Shown: one piece after another, positions 9,443 through 17,596 of the stretch | How positions within the stretch are numbered: position 1 is the stretch's first letter | Layout: the number at the start of each line of letters is the position of its first letter | Assembly: GCA_017463185.1 (NCBI GenBank) | Contig: JAFTPS010000014.1 | Location: 40,514-104,513 of the forward strand | Length of the DNA stretch: 64,000 bases | Reading direction: 5' to 3' | From: Alphaproteobacteria bacterium | GTDB lineage: Bacteria > Pseudomonadota > Alphaproteobacteria > Rs-D84 | Made by a program: the position numbers and the translations under genes | Notes under the pieces: generated by a model | Database searches by the model: none | What the model saw: the letters and a program-made list of their open reading frames with translations, nothing else | What the model was told of the DNA's origin: nothing

Positions 9443-9470
9443 AAAAAATCCCGCAATTGCGGGATTTTTT
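9443..9470. terminator. Palindromic terminator, family 2 (AAAAATCCCGCAAnnGCGGGATTTTT)
   Basis: AAAAAATCCCGCAATTGCGGGATTTTTT between convergent genes. Similar copies at 21018, 32093, 35535 and 40892. Confidence 0.8.
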
Positions 9471-9654
9471 ATTTCTTTTTCTTGGTATTTTTCTTGGGTT
9501 CTTTTTTCGTATCTTTTTTTGTTTCTTTAATTTCTTTCTTAAAGATGTTTATCCCATTGGCCAGGTTCTTCATCATAGCCGGGATTTTATTAGACCCAAA
9601 TAAAATCAGCACCAATATGATAATTAAAAGTATTTCAGTCCAACCTAATCTCAT
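9469..9654 (-). CDS. tatA: Twin-arginine translocase subunit TatA/E
   Basis: Start trimmed to MRLGWTEILLIIILVLILFGSNKIP (AGGGGG RBS). Lys-rich tail. Confidence 0.8.
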   Translation of the reverse strand: MRLGWTEILLIIILVLILFGSNKIPAMMKNLANGINIFKKEIKETKKDTKKEPKKNTKKKK

Positions 9655-9665
9655 ATTTGCCCCCT

Positions 9666-10454
9666 TTATTTTGCAACATAGCAATCCAAACCATCGGATT
9701 TAGCATTGCGACAGAATCCATTTGCATCGGCTGCTGTCTTGAATGCAACACGCAAACGATATGTCGTTGTTCCATTCTTTAACTGCGCGGCCAGGATAAC
9801 GAATTGTTGTCCTGCAAACAAACTTTGATGCGCGGCACGAATCTGACGCTGGGCATTTTCCGCCAATGCACGTGTACTGTACGAGCCAAACTGAACATAC
9901 CATGCCCCAGCTGGCTGGGCCACAGGCTTTGGTTTTGCGGCCGGCTTTGGCGCAACTTTTTTAACAGCAGGTTTGGCTACTGCATCTTGCTTTTTCGTGA
10001 CAGGTTTTGGCGTGGCCACTTTTGGCGCGGCAGCAGGGTTAAATGTGACATCTTTGCGTTCCTCTACCACACGAACTGGAACACCGGCGGTTGGCTGCAC
10101 AGGTTGAGGCTGCGCAACCGGTTTCGGCTGAACCTGTGGTTTTGGTTGAACCACCGGCTGTGGTGCAACCTGGACCGGTTGGGCCGGTGGCATCACATTC
10201 ATATCAATGGGCGCACCCGCACCATCAACCACAACGGCTGGCGCATCCAAATCAACATCAATAGACGACGAAGATTCACCGCCAACTGTACGAATAATAA
10301 TATAAGTCGCCAAAACGATAACAACCAATCCAATCGTCAACAACAACCAAGGTTTTTTGGGTCGTGGATTGGCAAACGGCGTTGCATCCGGCAATGTATC
10401 CATTGAACCATTATCGTCCAAATCTAATAAATCCAAGTTATTATCATCATTCAT
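9666..10454 (-). CDS. SPOR-domain membrane protein with Pro/Gln/Val-rich linker
   Basis: TM helix, PQPV-type repeats, C-terminal SPOR-like WYVQFGSYSTRALAENAQRQI...TYRLRVAF.. Confidence 0.75.
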   Translation of the reverse strand: MNDDNNLDLLDLDDNGSMDTLPDATPFANPRPKKPWLLLTIGLVVIVLATYIIIRTVGGESSSSIDVDLDAPAVVVDGAGAPIDMNVMPPAQPVQVAPQPVVQPKPQVQPKPVAQPQPVQPTAGVPVRVVEERKDVTFNPAAAPKVATPKPVTKKQDAVAKPAVKKVAPKPAAKPKPVAQPAGAWYVQFGSYSTRALAENAQRQIRAAHQSLFAGQQFVILAAQLKNGTTTYRLRVAFKTAADANGFCRNAKSDGLDCYVAK

Positions 10455-10524
10455 GATAAAATCCCCCTATACTTCGTTACGGATATTATATCATAAAAAA
10501 AACGAATAACCAAACGCATAGAAT

Positions 10525-10555
10525 AAAAAAGAGACATGAAATTCATGTCTCTTTT
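10525..10555 (-). terminator. Intrinsic terminator after the small lipoprotein gene
   Basis: AAAAAAGAGACATGAaattCATGTCTCTTTT perfect hairpin. Confidence 0.7.
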
Positions 10556-10559
10556 GTAA

Positions 10560-10700
10560 TTATTTCGGCATCTGACCAAAATTTGGTGGCACAATCAACT
10601 TGTGATTTTCCGCAACAATTGGTTCCACTTCGCACTTTTTAGCACAGCCCCCCAATACACACGGCATAATCAAAACAACCAACATTATAAGTTTTCTCAT
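10560..10700 (-). CDS. Small lipoprotein (46 aa), not in the ORF track
   Basis: MRKLIMLVVLIMPCVLGGCAKKCEVEPIVAENHKLIVPPNFGQMPK. Lipobox VLGGC, AGGGGGA RBS and its own terminator. The LIVPPNFxxMP motif recalls small alphaproteobacterial envelope lipoproteins. Confidence 0.55.
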   Translation of the reverse strand: MRKLIMLVVLIMPCVLGGCAKKCEVEPIVAENHKLIVPPNFGQMPK

Positions 10701-10715
10701 ATCATCCCCCTATTC

Positions 10716-12449
10716 TTACAATGGTAATTTCACAGCATCTTGCATCATGGCGACAAAATCCGCCAATGGCATGGATTCCTGTTTTTCAACCCCCAGACGA
10801 CGCAGAGTGACCATTTTATCCACCATTTCTTTTTCACCAACAACGGCGATGATTGGCGTTTTTGCCAATGACAATTCGCGGATTTTATAGTTCACCTTTT
10901 CATCACGCAGGTCCGCCCGTGCATACACACCGGCATCGCGCAGGGCCGCGACAATTTCATTTGCATAATCCGCATGTTTTTGTGAAATCGGTGTGACGAC
11001 AACTGGTTCTGGCGACAACCACAGTGGCAAATTACCGCCCGTTGATTCCAGCAAGATACCCATAAAGCGTTCAATAGACCCCAGCATGGCACGATGCAAC
11101 ATAATTGGACGGTGTTTTTCACCATCTTCGCCAACATACGACAGGTCAAAACGTTCCGGCAAATTCATATCCAACTGGACCGTTCCACACTGCCATACGC
11201 GCCCCATTGAATCACGCAGATAGTTATCAATCTTTGGCCCATAGAACGCCGCATCCCCTTCTGCAATCTCGTATTCAATACCATTTGATTCCAGCGCATG
11301 TTTCAATGCCCCTTCGGCCTTGTCCCAAATTTCATCCGACCCGATACGGAATTCAGACTCTTTACGCGTTGCCAATTTCATCGTAATTTTATCAAATCCG
11401 AACTTGCCGTAAATATCCTTGATAAAGCGCAGGATTTTAACAACTTCTTCTTCCAATTGTTCTTCGGTACAGAATATATGCGCATCGTCCTGTGTAAATT
11501 CACGCACACGCATCAGTCCCGACAAACCGCCGGCCGCTTCATAGCGATGCACTTTGCCAAATTCGGCCATATATAATGGCAAATCTTTGTATGAACGAAG
11601 CCCGTGCCCAAACACCAACATCCCGCCCGGACAAGACATCGGTTTAATACAGAACACCTTGCCGTCTTGGGTTTTACCCGAATAGTTATGTTCACCATAC
11701 TTTGCCCAGTGACCACTGCGTTCCCACAGGCAACGGTCCATAACAGCCGGCGTTGAAATTTCTTGATAGCCTGCCAATTCCTGACGATGACGAACATATT
11801 CAATTAAACGACGATAGATTTTATATCCCTTGTCATGCCAGAACACCGAGCCCGGCGCATATTCCGGTTCAAAATGGAACAAATCCATTTCTTTACCCAG
11901 TTTACGATTATCACGCGCCGCTGCTTCTTCTTGCATTTTCAGGAAATTATCCAATTCTTCTTTTGTTGCAAACGCATCAACGTAAATACGTTGCAACATT
12001 TTGTTTTTTGAATCCCCTTTCCAGTACGCACCGGCAACACTGCGAATTTTGAACGCATCCCGTGGCAGGTCTTTGGAACTTTCCACATGTGGCCCACGAC
12101 ACAGGTCAACAAAGTCGCGGAATGTATAGATTGATAAATCCGCGCCCGCCGCATCATATTCATTTAACCATTCCATTTTATATGGCTGCGCGGCAAAAAT
12201 TTCTTTGGCTTCATCTAAACTAACATTACGCTGTTCAAATCGCCCATTAGATTTGATTAAATCCCGCATTTCTTTTTCAATTTTCGCAAAATCGTCTTCG
12301 GAAAAGCGATATTCTGTATCAAAGTCATAATAGAACCCATTTTCAATTGCCGGACCACCCGCGAACTTAACATCTGGGTGTAATTTTTTAACAGCCGCCG
12401 CCATAACATGTGCCAACGAATGACGAATCGTTTCAATCGGATAAGACAT
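10716..12449 (-). CDS. thrS: Threonine--tRNA ligase lacking the N-terminal TGS domain
   Basis: 577 aa. Begins at the editing/second additional domain (IRHSLAHVMAAAV..GPAIENGFYYDFD). Class II motifs and anticodon-binding domain are present. Confidence 0.9.
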   Translation of the reverse strand: MSYPIETIRHSLAHVMAAAVKKLHPDVKFAGGPAIENGFYYDFDTEYRFSEDDFAKIEKEMRDLIKSNGRFEQRNVSLDEAKEIFAAQPYKMEWLNEYDAAGADLSIYTFRDFVDLCRGPHVESSKDLPRDAFKIRSVAGAYWKGDSKNKMLQRIYVDAFATKEELDNFLKMQEEAAARDNRKLGKEMDLFHFEPEYAPGSVFWHDKGYKIYRRLIEYVRHRQELAGYQEISTPAVMDRCLWERSGHWAKYGEHNYSGKTQDGKVFCIKPMSCPGGMLVFGHGLRSYKDLPLYMAEFGKVHRYEAAGGLSGLMRVREFTQDDAHIFCTEEQLEEEVVKILRFIKDIYGKFGFDKITMKLATRKESEFRIGSDEIWDKAEGALKHALESNGIEYEIAEGDAAFYGPKIDNYLRDSMGRVWQCGTVQLDMNLPERFDLSYVGEDGEKHRPIMLHRAMLGSIERFMGILLESTGGNLPLWLSPEPVVVTPISQKHADYANEIVAALRDAGVYARADLRDEKVNYKIRELSLAKTPIIAVVGEKEMVDKMVTLRRLGVEKQESMPLADFVAMMQDAVKLPL

Positions 12450-12590
12450 AATAAAAACCTTTATATTTTATATATTTGATAAACTTGTTTGATTATAGAA
12501 AGTTGTGCGGTCCACCGCAATAGAAATTACACCCCCAAAGGGGTTGTAGTAGTTGTTGTAAAGAAAGAACAAAACAAATTCATACCAGAT

Positions 12591-12619
12591 ATAATACGCC
12601 TATTTCCCAGCAAAATCAA
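12591..12619 (-). promoter_or_regulatory. Promoter TTGATT-17-TATTAT for thrS
   Basis: Hexamers read on the minus strand. They leave a leader of about 135 nt with two short hairpins. Confidence 0.4.
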
Positions 12620-12648
12620 GATATATTAAAACATATTTGCCTGTTGAT

Positions 12649-12676
12649 AAAAAATGCGCCATTGGCGCATTTTTTT
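12649..12676. terminator. Palindromic terminator, family 1
   Basis: AAAAAATGCGCCAtTGGCGCATTTTTTT. Overlaps the stop codon of 12675..13367. Confidence 0.75.
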
Positions 12677-13367
12677 ATTCCGTCCAATAACAATTCCCGG
12701 TATATGTCCCCGAACCTGCATCATCGGAAAAACTTGTTCCCAATGGAATATAACAACTGGTAATACCACCAGATGTTAGCCCAGATGTAGTTCCGGGTTC
12801 TGGACATTCGCTACAGTCACCGTTTTCTAAATAATATCCCTTTGCACAGGCATCGACATAACCATCTATACATCTATACTCTCCTGAACCAACACCATCT
12901 GGTGCACAACGACAAAACGGGTAATTATTATATATCGTCGCCGTTTGTTCCCATTTTTTGCAATCTGTTGGGTCTACTTTAAAATAACACCTATTGTCAT
13001 TACTAATATAGTTAAAAAAACCAACTGTACTTCCATCTGTGCTGCCCAACAAAAAGCCATTTGATGGCGCGACACAAAAACTGGTCCCCAGACATCCAAC
13101 GTACAACGTTGAATATGGCTGTTCAATTCCACCCATGGACAGATTGTTGTACGATGTACAACCCGATATATTACCGCATTTTGCTTGTCCCCCACACGAA
13201 TAACACACACCTGTATCATTATTTTTTATACAGGAAAAATCACTGTTATACGAAATATGCGACAATGCCGATTGGTCCGGCGAAGCAGTTTGGACCCCCG
13301 CCCCCCAACCCAGCCCTAAATACATTTCAAAACAGCAAAAACAAATTATTAAAAAACTAAATTTCAT
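12675..13367 (-). CDS. Secreted Cys-rich protein with conserved C-terminal CxxCP...CY...CYWTE module
   Basis: Signal peptide, 20+ Cys. C-terminus CAKGYYLENGDCSECPEPGTTSGLTSGGITSCYIPLGTSFSDDAGSGTYTGNCYWTE is alignable with the C-termini of 40915..42051 and 42391..42966. Confidence 0.8.
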   Translation of the reverse strand: MKFSFLIICFCCFEMYLGLGWGAGVQTASPDQSALSHISYNSDFSCIKNNDTGVCYSCGGQAKCGNISGCTSYNNLSMGGIEQPYSTLYVGCLGTSFCVAPSNGFLLGSTDGSTVGFFNYISNDNRCYFKVDPTDCKKWEQTATIYNNYPFCRCAPDGVGSGEYRCIDGYVDACAKGYYLENGDCSECPEPGTTSGLTSGGITSCYIPLGTSFSDDAGSGTYTGNCYWTE

Positions 13368-13653
13368 TTCAATCCTCCTGTTGTTTTAGAAAAACAAAAA
13401 CCACTGAAAAAAATTTCAAGTGGTTGGAGGTTCGAAACAATTATAGAGAATTGTGGGCTTATTTATATATATCGCCACCCTCCAACCCAGATGGATTGGC
13501 AGGTTTCAGGCACACACACAAAAAACACACCACTCAGATAACTTGCTTTATCTGGTGGTGTCGAATTTCATATTTATGCCTGTATTTCTATGTTGCACGA
13601 CGCAACATCTCTATAACGGGTTTCGACACCCCGCCTGTGGAATTCCCACCGGC
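13368..13653 (-). promoter_or_regulatory. Structured attenuator-like 5' leader, class-2 copy B
   Basis: P1 GGTTGGAGG (13422..13430) / CCTCCAACC (13479..13487). P0 CCAACCC (13482..13488) / GGATTGG (13493..13499). Terminator-like CCAC..GTGG plus a T-run (13396..13425). Extra internal terminator at 13520..13561. Promoter TTGCGT-17-TATAAT at 13660..13688. Confidence 0.55.
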
Positions 13654-13699
13654 ACAGCAATTATATGAAAAATAATAAATCAACGCAAATATAAAATTT

Positions 13700-13858
13700 G
13701 ATTCTATTTACTGGCTTGCCACCCTTCACTACGTTCGCTCGCAATGACAAAAGTGCTTAATTTTCTAGGAACTAAAAAACTTTGTCATTGCGAGGCGCAG
13801 CCGTGGCAATCCAGTCTAATTAGTTCATCTTTGTCATTGCAATCCAGTAAATAGAATC
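13700..13858. mobile_element. Palindromic MITE (copy 1, with extra outer inverted repeat GATTCTATTTACTGG)
   Basis: ACTGG(C/A)TTGCCAC..CGCTCGCAATGACAAA..TTTGTCATTGCGAGGCG..CGTGGCAATCCAGT. About 110 bp is near-identical to 14175..14289. Partial copies at 35410..35456 and 9369..9403. Confidence 0.75.
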
Positions 13859-13862
13859 CGCT

Positions 13863-14171
13863 TTAACGAACCCAAAACATATCTTGCACACTTAAATCCA
13901 CCCAATCTGGATTTATGCTTTCAATCAAAACCATTTTATACTTTCTTGACTGTGCCTTGATATGCTTTTCGCGTTCAAGCGCATCATTTACATATTGAAA
14001 ATCTTCCCAATAACCCAACTTATCACAATTATAACGTGCTGTGAACGAATCAGGATTTACTTTATTTTTGTGTTCCCAAACACGCCGCACAATATCATCC
14101 GTTACACCAGTGTACAACGCACCATTTCTGCGATTAAACATAATATAAACATAAAATTTATATTCTTTCAT
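13863..14171 (-). CDS. GIY-YIG nuclease superfamily protein (UPF0213-like)
   Basis: KFYVYIMFNRRNGALYTGVTDDIVRRVWEHK.. matches the GIY-YIG / YxGxT...R..H pattern. 102 aa. Confidence 0.8.
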   Translation of the reverse strand: MKEYKFYVYIMFNRRNGALYTGVTDDIVRRVWEHKNKVNPDSFTARYNCDKLGYWEDFQYVNDALEREKHIKAQSRKYKMVLIESINPDWVDLSVQDMFWVR

Positions 14172-14174
14172 TTT

Positions 14175-14289
14175 GATTCCATTACTGGATTGCCACGCTT
14201 CACTACGTTCGCTCGCAATGACAAAAGTGCTTAATTTTCTAGGAACTAAAAAACTTTGTCATTGCGAGGCGCAGCCGTGGCAATCCAGT
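14175..14289. mobile_element. Palindromic MITE (copy 2)
   Basis: Near-identical to the core of 13700..13858. Begins 4 nt from the GIY-YIG start codon. Confidence 0.75.
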
Positions 14290-14304
14290 CTTATGTATTC
14301 CGCA

Positions 14305-14649
14305 TTATCGCAGTTTACTATGCTTGCATGTCTTGCGACACCAATACAAAGCATTCTGGTAAATCATTTTTGCATTACAACCATTAAAACAAACCTCAAT
14401 TCCGGTTGCATAAGGATTCACTCTTGCAACCATAAGCATCTCATATAACTGCTTGTCGCCTACATAAATTACCGGTTTAATAACAAATTTTTGTGAACCT
14501 TTTCTGGGTTTATATTTTTGGTCTTGAACCTGCAAACTCAAAGAAACTTTACATTTTTCATCACATCCATCACAGCACAAATCAGCTGACAACTTTAGGC
14601 ATGTTCTGTCCAAAACATTACCCTTACTTTTTTTATATTCATACGACAT
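14305..14649 (-). CDS. Small Cys-rich cytoplasmic protein, unknown function
   Basis: 114 aa, AGGGGG RBS, no signal peptide. Cys clusters CCDGCDEKC, CFNGC, CRKTC. 12 nt downstream of the hemolysin-III gene. Confidence 0.5.
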   Translation of the reverse strand: MSYEYKKSKGNVLDRTCLKLSADLCCDGCDEKCKVSLSLQVQDQKYKPRKGSQKFVIKPVIYVGDKQLYEMLMVARVNPYATGIEVCFNGCNAKMIYQNALYWCRKTCKHSKLR

Positions 14650-14661
14650 AACGCGCCCCCT

Positions 14662-15399
14662 TTACAAATCCAAAATACATCCGAACAGAACTGCGAAAAA
14701 GAAACACACCGTCCCACCAATTACAAACAGGTGCCAAACACCATGTGAAAACTTCATCCGTCGCCACAGATAAAATATCACACCAATCGTGTACGCCAAA
14801 CCACCCGCCAGAATAAACCACAACCCACGAATCGGAATATTGCGAATCATTGCCGGTAATATAAACAACAACGTCCACCCCATTGCAACATACAACGCAA
14901 CCATCCATTTTGGCTGTTGCCGTGGATTTTTAATCTTCATATACGACCCGAATAACACAATCGCCCACAGGATTCCGAACACCGTCCAACCAACCGCGCC
15001 ACGCAGATTTACCAACAAAAACGGCGTATACGTACCCGCAATCAATGCATAAATCGCAACACTGTCCCAAACCTCAAAAAAGCATTCATGTTTTTTGCCA
15101 ATCGTCGCATGACACATTGTTGAACCAAAGTACAGCGTTATCATTGTGCCCCCAAAAATCGCACACGACACAACCGCCCACGCGTCCCCCTTTAACCCTG
15201 CGAACACGACCAACAACGTCAATGCCGCAATCGCCAAACCAATACCAATTCCATGCGTTAAAATATTTACAACTTCTTCTGCATGTGTGCTGGGCTTTTC
15301 CCAGCGGAACAACCCCGTCGCCCGTAAAACCTTTAACAACCGCGACCCATGTTCATCTTTTTTTACCGCACGCACCCGTGCCCTTTTTTCTTTTGTCAT
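14662..15399 (-). CDS. Hemolysin III / PAQR family membrane protein
   Basis: 7 predicted TM segments with the family-like ..NILTHGIG.. and ..HLFVIGG.. motifs. ATGA overlap with the gltX stop. Confidence 0.85.
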   Translation of the reverse strand: MTKEKRARVRAVKKDEHGSRLLKVLRATGLFRWEKPSTHAEEVVNILTHGIGIGLAIAALTLLVVFAGLKGDAWAVVSCAIFGGTMITLYFGSTMCHATIGKKHECFFEVWDSVAIYALIAGTYTPFLLVNLRGAVGWTVFGILWAIVLFGSYMKIKNPRQQPKWMVALYVAMGWTLLFILPAMIRNIPIRGLWFILAGGLAYTIGVIFYLWRRMKFSHGVWHLFVIGGTVCFFFAVLFGCILDL

Positions 15400-16985
15400 T
15401 TTATTGCCCCTTGAATTCTTTTAACAACTCTATCACCGCCCATAACGGTCATAATTGAATACAGATCTGGTGTATTTGTGCGCCCCGCCAACGCCACACG
15501 CAGGTTCATTGCAACATCACCATTTTTTACACCGCATTTCTCGGCCACGGCGACGATTTTTGCCCACCATGTATCTTTGTCATCTGCCACATTATACGTT
15601 TCCAGAAATGCACGCAATACATCACCATTAAATTCATATTCAGAATTTGGCACAAACAATTCATCCCAGAAAAACGCAACATTTTCCAACGTCTGGGACC
15701 ACGTAATAAAGTCTTTACGTACACGCTTTGGATTATCACGTTCAATCCCCAACACACCGGTCAGATAATCTACATCTGCAACCTGCATCCGATTCATATC
15801 TGTACCATATTCATTTGCCCATTTAACAACACGATTAACCAATTCTGGCACCGGCAGACTGCCAATAAATTCCTTGGCCCACCATTCTAATTTATCTGTA
15901 TTAAACAATGCACTGCTGGTTGGGATTTTTTTAATACGTAATGGATAATTCCAAATTGTTGTGTCCGCCTTTTTATTTTTTTCTTCTTCAAATCCCGACG
16001 CAACAATGTTGTACAGATAATTCAACACCGCCTCAATCGGCCAACCTGCGGTTAAATAGTGCATGGTATTTGCTTCTGGGTCTGTGCGTTTTGACAGTTT
16101 GCGTGAATTACCTGTCTGTTCATCCAACTTATTAATTGTTGCAACATGAACATATTCTGGATTCTGCCATCCCATCATACGGAATAATTGCAAATGCAAA
16201 TTCAACGAAGACAACCATTCTTCACCACGTTGCACCAGTGTTGTACGCATAAAATGATCATCACACAAATGTGCGAAATGATATGTTGGCAACCCGTCAT
16301 TTGATTTTATCAGAACTATATCTTCTTCATTTTCTGGGAACGCCAAGCGACCACGCACTTTGTCATTATAGAAAATTTTATTATCTTTATTTCCCATTGA
16401 GTACAAACGAACAGACGGCACCAAACCACTATCTAAACGCGCAACAATTTCTTCTTCGGTCAAATCCCGGTCACGCGCCCATTCGCCATAGATACCCGTC
16501 CCCCAACCTGCAGCCTTTTGTTTATTACGAATATCTTCCATTTCTTCCGCAGTCAGGAAACAAGGATACGCCAATCCACGTTCCAGTAATTCTGCAACAA
16601 CACTGTGATAAACATCCTTGCGTTCAGACTGATAATATGAACCATAATCGCCACCATATGTTGGACCTTCATCTGGTTGCAACCCAAAGCTATCGGCACA
16701 CTTTAAAATAACATCAACTGCGCCCTGCACTTCACGTTTGGTATCTGTATCTTCTATACGCAACATAAAAACACCATCTGACTGTTGGGCTAATTTTTTT
16801 GCAATCATCATTTGATACAGTGTCCCCAAATGCATAAAGCCTGTTGGGCTGGGGGCAACACGTGTCACCATCGCACCATCGGCCAAATTGCGTGGCGGAA
16901 ACTTTTCTTCTAATTCCGCAATTGTATATTTTGGCGCACCACCCAACACACGTGCAATTAAATCTTTTGATAAACCCGTTCTCAT
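15396..16985 (-). CDS. gltX: Glutamate--tRNA ligase
   Basis: APSPTGFMHLG (HIGH-type), RIEDTD, KLSKR. Start chosen at MRTGLS (GGGAAG RBS) rather than the ORF-track start at 17006. Confidence 0.88.
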   Translation of the reverse strand: MRTGLSKDLIARVLGGAPKYTIAELEEKFPPRNLADGAMVTRVAPSPTGFMHLGTLYQMMIAKKLAQQSDGVFMLRIEDTDTKREVQGAVDVILKCADSFGLQPDEGPTYGGDYGSYYQSERKDVYHSVVAELLERGLAYPCFLTAEEMEDIRNKQKAAGWGTGIYGEWARDRDLTEEEIVARLDSGLVPSVRLYSMGNKDNKIFYNDKVRGRLAFPENEEDIVLIKSNDGLPTYHFAHLCDDHFMRTTLVQRGEEWLSSLNLHLQLFRMMGWQNPEYVHVATINKLDEQTGNSRKLSKRTDPEANTMHYLTAGWPIEAVLNYLYNIVASGFEEEKNKKADTTIWNYPLRIKKIPTSSALFNTDKLEWWAKEFIGSLPVPELVNRVVKWANEYGTDMNRMQVADVDYLTGVLGIERDNPKRVRKDFITWSQTLENVAFFWDELFVPNSEYEFNGDVLRAFLETYNVADDKDTWWAKIVAVAEKCGVKNGDVAMNLRVALAGRTNTPDLYSIMTVMGGDRVVKRIQGAIK

Positions 16986-16987
16986 CT

Positions 16988-17548
16988 TTATCTTCCCTTT
17001 TTCCATTCTGATTTTAATTTTGAATAAACCGCAATATCGTGTACAACGCCATTGGGCAAAACCTCGCCCGCACGTAAAACACCATCCAAATGAAAATTCA
17101 GCCGTTCAGGAATCGCCCGTGACGCCTTATTTTCTGTGGCACAGCGAATTTCAACACGATTTGCCCCACCAATCTCAAAGCACAAATCTTGAACCCTGTC
17201 AACGGCAACCGTCATCAACCCGCGACCATTCGCGGCTTTATCCAACCAGTACCCAATCTCCATGGTCTGATTAGATTTATCATCACGTACCACACCAACC
17301 ATACCACGCAAACGCAAATTTTCATATATCAGATATTTGTTAGTATCCATCCGCACCACAGATTTTGCCACTTCAAATTCATCTTCTGGCGACCTTACAA
17401 AATCCACCCATCCCAACCAAGGTCTGAAAAAATCACGATTTCTGTTGACCACATCATACAAATCACGTGCGACTTGAAACGTCGCGGCCGGCTTGTACAA
17501 ATCAAAGCCATAATTTTCAACATCAATCCGGTGTGGATATTCAGCCAT
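16988..17548 (-). CDS. GNAT N-acetyltransferase (RimJ/RimL-like)
   Basis: ..IGYWLDKAANGRGLMTVAV..RVEIRCATENKASRAIPERLNF.. acetyl-CoA binding pattern. Confidence 0.8.
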   Translation of the reverse strand: MAEYPHRIDVENYGFDLYKPAATFQVARDLYDVVNRNRDFFRPWLGWVDFVRSPEDEFEVAKSVVRMDTNKYLIYENLRLRGMVGVVRDDKSNQTMEIGYWLDKAANGRGLMTVAVDRVQDLCFEIGGANRVEIRCATENKASRAIPERLNFHLDGVLRAGEVLPNGVVHDIAVYSKLKSEWKKGR

Positions 17549-17596
17549 ATCTATATATTCCTTGTGTTTTTAATTACTCAATTCTATACTAAAACT

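Noticed and set aside
12450-12590. A T-box or E. coli-type operator (anticodon-arm mimic) in the thrS leader.
   Set aside because: No T-box consensus, no specifier-loop architecture, and no hairpin loop presenting a Thr anticodon-like CGU, GGU or UGU in an anticodon-loop context. Only two short generic hairpins are present.
17189-17596. N-terminal extensions in the ORF track: trmB from 17189, and likewise 23009, 43017, 32028, 38496, 29818, 35033, 6925 and 51831.
   Set aside because: The extensions run through promoters, terminator hairpins or the antisense of neighbouring genes, and they lack an RBS. Internal ATGs with an SD sequence give canonical N-termini (signal peptides or family-typical starts).
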